From: Myxococcota bacterium
Lineage (GTDB): Bacteria > Myxococcota > UBA4151
Reading direction: 5' to 3'
DNA length: 22,053 nucleotides
Assembly: GCA_036338695.1 (NCBI GenBank)
Contig: JAYZBQ010000095.1
Coordinates: forward strand, 1-22,053
In this document: in pieces, positions 8,481 to 17,497 of the stretch
How positions within the stretch are numbered: position 1 is the first letter of the stretch
Layout of the letters: each line of letters starts with the position of its first letter
Made by a program: the position numbers and the translations under genes
Notes under the pieces: model-generated
What the model was told of the DNA's origin: nothing
The model's input: only the letters and a program-made list of their open reading frames with translations
Database searches by the model: none

Positions 8481-10582
8481 CACGTTTACTGCTGCTCTGG
8501 GCGATGAGCCTGACGTGCCTGGCTTGCGCCGAGACCCCAGAGGGCGCAGCCGACGCCGGGCTCTCGGCTCAAGACGCAGCGATCGATGACGGCGGTGACG
8601 CCGGGGTTCAGGATGCGACGGTGGCGCCTGACGCCGGCGCTGGCGGCTGCGGCGGCGGTTCAGTCTGCCCCGACGGCGAGGTCTGCTCGGTCTACGGCGA
8701 ATGCTTTAGTGGCGAGTGCCTCGTCCATGGCGACTGCGCGCCAAGTGAACGATGCCATCAGGGTCAGTGCCTGAATCGCCCAAACCCCGAGTTTGGTATC
8801 CTGTTCGAGCGCGTCCACGGGTTGGCGTTCGCCGACCACCTCTCGACCATCCCCTCGGGTGATGAGCGCCGCAGCGCCTCGGCCTACGGAGACTATGGTT
8901 TTGGCGTGACGCCCTTCGATATGGACGGTGACGGCGACCTCGACCTCTTCATCGGGAGCCAGGGTCGGGGCGGACCGCAAGACACCCCCTCGTGCATCTA
9001 CCGCAACGAGTCCGTCCCCTCGCAGCCGCGCTTTGAGCGTGACGACTTCTTCTGCGGCTTCAAGCGCCCGGGCATCAGCGGCGGCTTCGGCACCGACCTA
9101 GAAGGTGACGGCTACCATGAGCTGATCATGACCGGGATGCGCACGATCCGTATTCAGCGTTTTCACCCGCGCCTCGAGCTGATCGATCTGCACAGCTTGA
9201 TCCCGCAAGACGACCCCCGGGCAAGCTGCAACGTCGGCGCTGCGCTCAGCTTAGACTTTGACCTCGACGGGCGCATCGACGTCTTCATCGGGTGCCAGTT
9301 TGACGACATCGCCGCTCACGGCGATTCGGGCTACAACCTGCTGTTTCGCCAGCTCGAGAGCGGGGATTTCGAGTACGTTCAACCGAGCGCCTGGAACCGC
9401 GCCGACCCCATCTTGCTCGAAGCTTGGGGCTCGACGCTCGGGCTCGGCGCTGGCGAGCTCAACGGCGATGGACTCTGGGACATCATGGTGAGCGAGGACG
9501 AGGCGACTCGCCCGCAGTACTTAGAGCCTGACCCAGGTGGGATCTACATGAGCTGTTCGCCCATGGAGACCTGCCGCTACACCCCCGTGCGCACCGGCTT
9601 TGGCAGTCTAGCACTCGGGGGCTATATGGGCACCGCGGTGATGTATGTTCATGACATGGGCAACGTCGTCTACTTCACGGACCTTGCGCACAACCGCGCC
9701 GTCGCAACCGACGTGCCCAACCGCCCGGACCTTGCGGGTCAGCTCGGCGTCACGCTCTACGACGGCTTACCGATCTTTAGCTGGGGTGTCGTCGCGGACG
9801 ATCTGGACCGAGACGGCAACGACGACCTGCTGGTCGCTCAGGGCGCAACCAAATCGAGCTCGGTGCGCGAGTACCCGCTACACTTTGACGCAGCGCTGCT
9901 CCAGAAAACACCGCGCAGCTTCACCACCCACTCCGAAGAGGTGGGCTTAGCTCCCTCGACCGTCGACGACAGCCGGAACGAAGAGTACAGCTACGCGGCA
10001 CGCGCCATGATCCGCACCGACATCGACTTTGACGGCTACATGGACCTGTTCAATACGGCGCTTGAGGGTGTGCCGCGGATGCAACGCGAGGTACCTCCCA
10101 ACGATGGCCGCCCCCCCCGCTGCACGGTGATCCCGGTGGGGCGCTACGTCCCTGCTTATGGCGCCGGGCATGCGATCCGCTCGCCGTCAGACCAGCAGTG
10201 GCGCCAATACGACACGCAAGGCCAGCTGCGCAGCGGGACGCATCCCTACGTCTTGTCGCCCTGGACGGCGAGCAGCCTGCGCTTTCCGAGCGGCGGACGC
10301 GTTGACTACGACTGCCAAGGAACTCCCGGCCCCATCCGCGTCGAGGAGCCCGAGTGGATCCGCATCAACCGGAGCTTTAGCCAGCTGGTCCTCACGATCG
10401 GCGCCGAGGCGCCCGAGGGTGAGCTGGTGGTGATGGTAGAACCCGAGCGGGCGCTGTACGACGTCTCGGAGCTTGGTCCCGTCGAGGGCGGGCGACGCTT
10501 CTCGCTGAACCTACCTGCCGGCGCAGAGTCGATCATGTTGCGCTTTGGCGATTGGTGGGTCAGCCGGCGCTTCCCGCTCTAG
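8477..10582 (+). CDS. Putative lipoprotein with two Cys-rich modules and FG-GAP/CRTAC1-like propeller, paralog 5
   Basis: ATG at 8477 overlaps the upstream TGA (ATGA). N-terminus MTRLLLLWAMSLTCLAC, DAG linker, 8 Cys, DxDxDG loops and the shared C-terminal motifs. Confidence 0.85.
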   Translation: MTRLLLLWAMSLTCLACAETPEGAADAGLSAQDAAIDDGGDAGVQDATVAPDAGAGGCGGGSVCPDGEVCSVYGECFSGECLVHGDCAPSERCHQGQCLNRPNPEFGILFERVHGLAFADHLSTIPSGDERRSASAYGDYGFGVTPFDMDGDGDLDLFIGSQGRGGPQDTPSCIYRNESVPSQPRFERDDFFCGFKRPGISGGFGTDLEGDGYHELIMTGMRTIRIQRFHPRLELIDLHSLIPQDDPRASCNVGAALSLDFDLDGRIDVFIGCQFDDIAAHGDSGYNLLFRQLESGDFEYVQPSAWNRADPILLEAWGSTLGLGAGELNGDGLWDIMVSEDEATRPQYLEPDPGGIYMSCSPMETCRYTPVRTGFGSLALGGYMGTAVMYVHDMGNVVYFTDLAHNRAVATDVPNRPDLAGQLGVTLYDGLPIFSWGVVADDLDRDGNDDLLVAQGATKSSSVREYPLHFDAALLQKTPRSFTTHSEEVGLAPSTVDDSRNEEYSYAARAMIRTDIDFDGYMDLFNTALEGVPRMQREVPPNDGRPPRCTVIPVGRYVPAYGAGHAIRSPSDQQWRQYDTQGQLRSGTHPYVLSPWTASSLRFPSGGRVDYDCQGTPGPIRVEEPEWIRINRSFSQLVLTIGAEAPEGELVVMVEPERALYDVSELGPVEGGRRFSLNLPAGAESIMLRFGDWWVSRRFPL

Positions 10583-12883
10583 GTGATGAACAGAAGCAGA
10601 CTGCGCACCCTTGGGGTGATCACCCTCATCGGGATCGCCATGGTTGCGGTGAGCCTCTGGCTGGCTCCCCTGCCCAGCCGACTTCAGCAGCCAGACAGCC
10701 AGACGGTCCTATGGCGTGATGGCTCCTTGGCGCACACCTTTTTATCCCCTGACCAGCGCTGGCGCCTTGCGGGCGTGATCGAGCGTGTCGACCCGAACTA
10801 CCTCACAGCGCTCTTGACCATCGAGGATGAACGCTTTGCGCACCACCTCGGGGTCGACCCGCTGGCGGTCCTTCGCGCGCTGCGCAGTAACCTGGTGCGC
10901 GGTCGGATCGTCTCGGGAGCCTCAACGCTCACGATGCAGCTCGCTCGTCTGCTCGAACCCAAGCCACGGACGCTGGCGAGCAAACTGTTTGAGACCTGGC
11001 GCGCGCTGCAGCTGCACGCACGCTTAGGTCGCCAAGAGGTGCTGGCCAACTACCTTCGTTTCCTCCCCTTTGGTGGCAACCTCGAAGGGGTCCACGGCGC
11101 CGCCTACGCGTACTTCGGGCACTCGGCGGCCACCCTCGATGCAGCCGAGATCGCCACCCTCCTCGCCGTCCCTCAGCGCCCCGGCGTGCGCGCCCCGTCG
11201 CCAGCGAACGCCGAGCGGCTCAAGGCGGCGCGTGACGCCATCCTCAAACGGCTTCGGCGCGCCGAGGTCATTGACGAGGCAACCTACAGGCGCAGCGTCG
11301 CTCAGGCGGTGCCGAGCGTGCGTCGCTCGATGCCACAAGATCTCCCGCACGCCGGGCGCTGGCTGCGAAAGCGCTACCCCGAGCATCACACCGTGCACAG
11401 CACCCTCGACGCCTCGGCTCAGCGCGTGCTGCGCGGTGTCTTTGAGCGCGGACAAGCGGACCGCCTCCAGCTCGGTGTCCGCAACGGCGCCCTGGTGGCG
11501 GTCGATCACGCCAGCCGCTCGCTGCGTGCGCTGGTAGGAGGCGCCGACTTCTTCGCGCAGCATGACGGCGCCCAGATCCCTGCCTTTGCGCAGCCTCGCC
11601 ACGCCGCCTCCACCCTTAAACCCTTCCTCATGGGGCTTGCGATCGATGACGGTTCGGCGAGCCCCGGTCACCTCGTCGTCGATGTGCCGCGTCAGTATGG
11701 CAGCTACCGACCGCGCAACTTTTCAGGTCAGTTCCGGGGTCTCGTGACGCTCGAAGAGGCGCTCACGCACTCACTCAATGTACCCTTCGTCGAGCTGATC
11801 AAGCGCTACGGTGTCGAGCGCTTCATCGGGCGACTTCGGCACACGGGGCTGGAGTGGATTAACCCCGTGCCCGCGTTCTACGGTCTGTCGGCTGCACTCG
11901 GGACCATCCCGCTGTCCCTGCTTGAACTGACCGAGCTCTACGCCGCGCTAGCCCAAGATGGGCGCGTCCACGGGTTGCGCGCGCGACCCGATGAGCCGAT
12001 GGACGAAGGCGTCAGGCTGCTCACGCCCGAAGCTGCGTGGATGATCCGCCAGGCGCTCAAGACGCGCGACCGCCCTGATTTCCCTCGCCGCGCCCAGCTC
12101 TATGGGCTTGCGCCGAACATTCACTGGAAGACGGGCACAAGCTTTGGCTTTCGCGACGCCTGGTCGGTCGGCTCCGATGGTCGCTACACGGTGGGCGTTT
12201 GGCTAGGAAACCTCAACCGCCAAGCCAGCCGCTACCTGGTCGGCGCTCCGCTCGCGGGGCCGTTACTCTTCGACGCCTTTGACGCGCTCGGGCATCAGGA
12301 CGCCGAGCGGATGCCCGACCCTGAGCCACGAGGGCTCACCGAGGTCGAGGTCTGCGACTTTAGCGGTCACCTACCGCGCCCGGCTTGCGAGGCGACGCGT
12401 ACCGTCAAGGCGCCGCGCAAGAACGTGCCGACGACGCCCTGCCCGTATCACCGCACCCTGTACGTCAAGCCAGGGGCTCAGACCGCCTACGCCCGCGCCT
12501 GCGCCCCGGAGGGTGCAACGCAAGCCTCCGTTCTGCTTCTGCCCCACGAGGCGCGACGCTACAGCAACCGCTTGCTGCCGCCCGTCTTTACCCTCGATGA
12601 GCGCTGCGGCGCGCCCGAGCTGGCGCCGCCGAGCATCACCTCGCCCGCGCACAGCACCATCATTCTCATTCCCGGTATGAGCCCCAAAGAGCAGCTCGTT
12701 GCGCTGCAAGCCACCGCCAGCGAAGGCAGCGAGCTCAGCTGGTTCGTGAACGGCCGCTTCCTCGGGAACCGGCGCCCTGCTTCGGAGCTCTGGTGGGAGC
12801 CAAGGCTCGGCGAGCACCTGATCTTGGTCAAAGACGCCTCGGGGCGCTCGAGCCGTAAACGGGTGGTCGTTCGAGCCCGCTAG
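10583..12883 (+). CDS. pbpC: Penicillin-binding protein 1C (class A PBP: GT51 transglycosylase, transpeptidase and C-terminal domain)
   Basis: N-terminal TM anchor; GT motifs EDERFxxHxGVD and [14 protein letters not shown] motifs STLK (SxxK), SLN (SxN) and [12 protein letters not shown]; Cys-containing region (VCDFSG...CPYH) and the LSWFVNG...[10 protein letters not shown]-terminus typical of PbpC. The start is GTG 10583 or ATG 10586. Confidence 0.93.
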   Translation: MMNRSRLRTLGVITLIGIAMVAVSLWLAPLPSRLQQPDSQTVLWRDGSLAHTFLSPDQRWRLAGVIERVDPNYLTALLTIEDERFAHHLGVDPLAVLRALRSNLVRGRIVSGASTLTMQLARLLEPKPRTLASKLFETWRALQLHARLGRQEVLANYLRFLPFGGNLEGVHGAAYAYFGHSAATLDAAEIATLLAVPQRPGVRAPSPANAERLKAARDAILKRLRRAEVIDEATYRRSVAQAVPSVRRSMPQDLPHAGRWLRKRYPEHHTVHSTLDASAQRVLRGVFERGQADRLQLGVRNGALVAVDHASRSLRALVGGADFFAQHDGAQIPAFAQPRHAASTLKPFLMGLAIDDGSASPGHLVVDVPRQYGSYRPRNFSGQFRGLVTLEEALTHSLNVPFVELIKRYGVERFIGRLRHTGLEWINPVPAFYGLSAALGTIPLSLLELTELYAALAQDGRVHGLRARPDEPMDEGVRLLTPEAAWMIRQALKTRDRPDFPRRAQLYGLAPNIHWKTGTSFGFRDAWSVGSDGRYTVGVWLGNLNRQASRYLVGAPLAGPLLFDAFDALGHQDAERMPDPEPRGLTEVEVCDFSGHLPRPACEATRTVKAPRKNVPTTPCPYHRTLYVKPGAQTAYARACAPEGATQASVLLLPHEARRYSNRLLPPVFTLDERCGAPELAPPSITSPAHSTIILIPGMSPKEQLVALQATASEGSELSWFVNGRFLGNRRPASELWWEPRLGEHLILVKDASGRSSRKRVVVRAR

Positions 12884-13767
12884 CGCTGAACGAAGAGCGT
12901 ATACAGCCCCGTTGATCCACCCACACCTGAGACCCGGACGTGATACGTTCGGCCCGCATCGAGTCGAGCGGTGGCCCGGCAGTTGAGCCCCTCGCCACTG
13001 TCATCGTCCGTTGTGAGCGGGTTGCCGCTAAACTCAAACGCGCAGATCGTGTCGGCGTTGCCGGTGGTATAGACCGTATAGTTCCCCGTGGCGGTCGCAA
13101 AGAAGCGAAAATAGTCACGGTCCGTGCCGCTGTCGAGCGCCGCCGACACCTCCGCTGGCACCGTGATACGCATCGCCTCGGCTGCTGTATCGCCGTGGTC
13201 GGGCGGTCCTTGTTGCTCTTCTCGGCACATCGAGTCGCAGCCATCGCCGTCGTTGCGGTTGCCGTCATCACAGGCTTCGCCTGCCTCGACGCGACCATTA
13301 CCACAGACGGGTTCTTGCTCCTCAAGACGACAGCTCGCAGAGCAGCCGTCCCCGCTCATGGTGTTGCCGTCATCGCACTCTTCGACCTCTTCCCACAGGA
13401 ATGAGTCGCCGCAACGCGCCTCCTGGCAGATGTTGAGGCAGCTGTCGCTGTTGCTGATGTTCCCGTCATCGCATTGCTCACCGGCCTCGACGACGCCGTT
13501 ACCGCATTGCGCCTCGGGGGCAACACCTCCGTCCGTCTCAGGAACCGAGGCGTCGGCTGCTGGGACGCCGGCGTCCGTAGGCGCAGGACCGGCGTCGACC
13601 GCCGGGCGTTCACCGCGTACACAGCGTGAATCGACGCAGACAAAGTCTGAGCGGCAGTCGTCACTCGAGGCGCAGCGCGTGCGCGCTGAACCGCCCCCAC
13701 CGGCGGGCGTCGGCGGCCCGCAAGCCACCATCAGGCTCGACAAAATTCCCAGCACAAGCGGACGCAT
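12880..13767 (-). CDS. Lipoprotein with myxobacterial Cys-rich repeats (DUF4215-like) and a C-terminal PPC-like beta-sandwich
   Basis: GGAGGA lies just upstream of ATG 13767. [16 protein letters not shown] is a lipoprotein-like signal, followed by one CxxxxDCxxxxxCxxxxC module, a DAG linker, three CG(N/D)...CDDGN...C...C repeats and a C-terminal DxDYFRF...DDDSG...LDAGRTY...YTL region. Confidence 0.8.
   Translation of the reverse strand: MRPLVLGILSSLMVACGPPTPAGGGGSARTRCASSDDCRSDFVCVDSRCVRGERPAVDAGPAPTDAGVPAADASVPETDGGVAPEAQCGNGVVEAGEQCDDGNISNSDSCLNICQEARCGDSFLWEEVEECDDGNTMSGDGCSASCRLEEQEPVCGNGRVEAGEACDDGNRNDGDGCDSMCREEQQGPPDHGDTAAEAMRITVPAEVSAALDSGTDRDYFRFFATATGNYTVYTTGNADTICAFEFSGNPLTTDDDSGEGLNCRATARLDAGRTYHVRVSGVGGSTGLYTLFVQR
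13225..13506 (-). repeat. Three intragenic Cys-rich protein repeats (CGNGxVExGExCDDGN type)
   Basis: [27 protein letters not shown] / [28 protein letters not shown] / [27 protein letters not shown]. Confidence 0.85.
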
Positions 13768-13835
13768 GTATCCTCCTCGATCAGCGGCTGTATACACCAA
13801 CCCAGCCTCCTGTCGCCAATTCCAAGCCCCCCGGC

Positions 13836-15846
<2,011 letters not shown>

Positions 15847-15921
15847 ACGTCCCCTCTTAGGCAGGAAACGAGCACGATGGAAGGGCCACTCGCAGCGAAT
15901 CGTTCGCCGCCCAGCAGGCGG

Positions 15922-16758
15922 CTATTCGATAGGCGTCATCTCTTGCATGTAGACATAGGGCGGCACCAAGAAGACAGACGAGATCGTCCCGATGGTCGCC
16001 AGCGGGCCGATGAGGTCCTCAGGCAAGTCGCTCGTCCCCAACAAAAATGCACCACCGCCTGCGATGGTCAGCGGCACAAAGACGGCAGCGGCTGCGGTCT
16101 TGAGAAAGGGGCCTGTGTATCCACGGCGCTTTGCGACGCGATCGATTCCCCACGCCACCCCGCCGCCAAACAAGGCCGCGCCTGTGCCCAGCCCAAGGAT
16201 AACGGTTCCGATCTCATCGTTGGTCTGCTCGTTGTAAACCGCAGCGATCAACGTACCGCCTAAAATGGCGGGGAAAAAGCTGTATCCAGCGGCTCGTGAT
16301 GCCGCCCATGAGAGCTCCTGAAAGCTCGGCGGCTTGGCTCGAGGGCGCCGCGGAGTCAGCGCAGCGGGCGCCGCCGCCAAGTCGGCGAGCCGCTTGACCA
16401 CGATCGCATCGTACGCCTTTGAACGCCCCGGAAGATTGGAGCGCAGATACTCCTCGTAATACTTCTTTGCGCTGATCATGCGCCCCTTGATGCGTGCGAT
16501 CTCGGCGAGCCCAAAGAACGCAAGCGCCGAGCGCGGCGCCGGCTTAAGGCTCTCACGATACAAGTAGTCCGCGCATTCGAGGTCACCCTTGCCAAGACAC
16601 ACCGCCGCCAGCGTCATCTGGTCGTCGAGGTCCCAGACCCCTCGCTCGCGTTGAGTCAGCAGCAGCTCCTCAGCTCGGTCCAACTGACCCGACTCAATCG
16701 CCTGGAGGGTTGCTGCGTCCGGCGCAGCGAGGATCAAAGCCGACAAGACGATACTCAT
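15922..16758 (-). CDS. Hypothetical TPR-like protein with hydrophobic C-terminal (membrane) segments
   Basis: Short hydrophobic N-terminus (MSIVLSALILAAP), TPR-like helices (LAAVCLGKGDLECADYLYRESL...AFFGLAEIARIKGRMISAKKYYEEYL), then 3-4 Gly/Ala-rich hydrophobic segments. Confidence 0.65.
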   Translation of the reverse strand: MSIVLSALILAAPDAATLQAIESGQLDRAEELLLTQRERGVWDLDDQMTLAAVCLGKGDLECADYLYRESLKPAPRSALAFFGLAEIARIKGRMISAKKYYEEYLRSNLPGRSKAYDAIVVKRLADLAAAPAALTPRRPRAKPPSFQELSWAASRAAGYSFFPAILGGTLIAAVYNEQTNDEIGTVILGLGTGAALFGGGVAWGIDRVAKRRGYTGPFLKTAAAAVFVPLTIAGGGAFLLGTSDLPEDLIGPLATIGTISSVFLVPPYVYMQEMTPIE

Positions 16759-16882
16759 GAGTTCTCTCCGCCGCTAGCTCACCACAGCCTGGCGGTTCTG
16801 CCAAGCCGTGCGCACCGCCGAGTCGATCCATCCAGCGAAGTCGGCTTGCCTCGAGGTGTCAGCCTGAGACACGCTCTCCATC

Positions 16883-17497
16883 ATGCACATCACCCTGATC
16901 AGTCATTTTGAGCAGCACACGGATTGGCTCGACCAGCTCCGCCATGCGCTCGACCAGCAGACGCTGCGCAATGGCGAGCTGGTCGTGTGGGTGCGTGACA
17001 AAGGGATACCGACACAGAACCTACCGGTTGCTCAGCTGCGGTGGCTGGCTCGAACCTACAACCTGAGTCTTCGGTGGAGTTGGCGACACCGCTCGGCGGC
17101 CGCGCCGGATGAGGCGCTCCACATTCCAGACGAGCAGCGACTCCGCGACGCGAGCCGCAGCGTCAGCGGGCGACGCGTCCTGAGCGTGCACGGCTGCGCC
17201 GCTGCGAACGAGCTCTTGGTGGCGTACCCCGGTGATCAGGTGCTCGCGTCGCCATGGTCGCACAGCGCCAACAAACCCACGTCGGCGCCGCTTTTGCAGC
17301 GAGTCACCGTGCGCCAACTCGCCGCTCGCTTCCCGAACCGTCTTCACCTCGTCTCAGGCCTGACGCCGGACGACCTCTCGGACCTGCGCGCCGTCCCGCT
17401 CGCTTCGCTCGCATTTCAAGGCGCCTTTGCGCGCGACCCGGCTACTTGCCTTTCGCAGCTTCTCGAGCGTTTGCGAGCAGCGTCATCGCCTCTTTAG
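16883..17497 (+). CDS. Divergent thiamine-phosphate synthase (ThiE/TenI) family protein
   Basis: Motifs occur in the ThiE/TenI order: WVRDK (~QLREK), ALHIP (~GVHL), LSVH (~StH), DQVLASPW.HSANKP (~DYvxxsPvfxTxsKP), VSGLTPDD (~GGItxeN). The 204-aa length fits and thiC is nearby. Confidence 0.6.
   Translation: MHITLISHFEQHTDWLDQLRHALDQQTLRNGELVVWVRDKGIPTQNLPVAQLRWLARTYNLSLRWSWRHRSAAAPDEALHIPDEQRLRDASRSVSGRRVLSVHGCAAANELLVAYPGDQVLASPWSHSANKPTSAPLLQRVTVRQLAARFPNRLHLVSGLTPDDLSDLRAVPLASLAFQGAFARDPATCLSQLLERLRAASSPL

Noticed and set aside
1..10582. Enediyne biosynthetic cluster, suggested by the UnbV-like proteins
   Set aside because: No PKS, thioesterase or other biosynthetic genes are in the window, and the proteins look like exported lipoproteins.
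1..10582. Diversity-generating retroelement, recombinational cassette system or assembly duplication as the source of the paralogs
   Set aside because: No reverse transcriptase or recombinase is present and I saw no long near-identical DNA repeats. The copies are diverged throughout and have intact frames, which fits old duplications.
15906..15922. GCCGCC-N5-GGCGGC hairpin at the end of the TPR-like gene as an intrinsic terminator
   Set aside because: The stem is only 6 bp and has no U-tract on the minus strand, so it is not supportable as a terminator.
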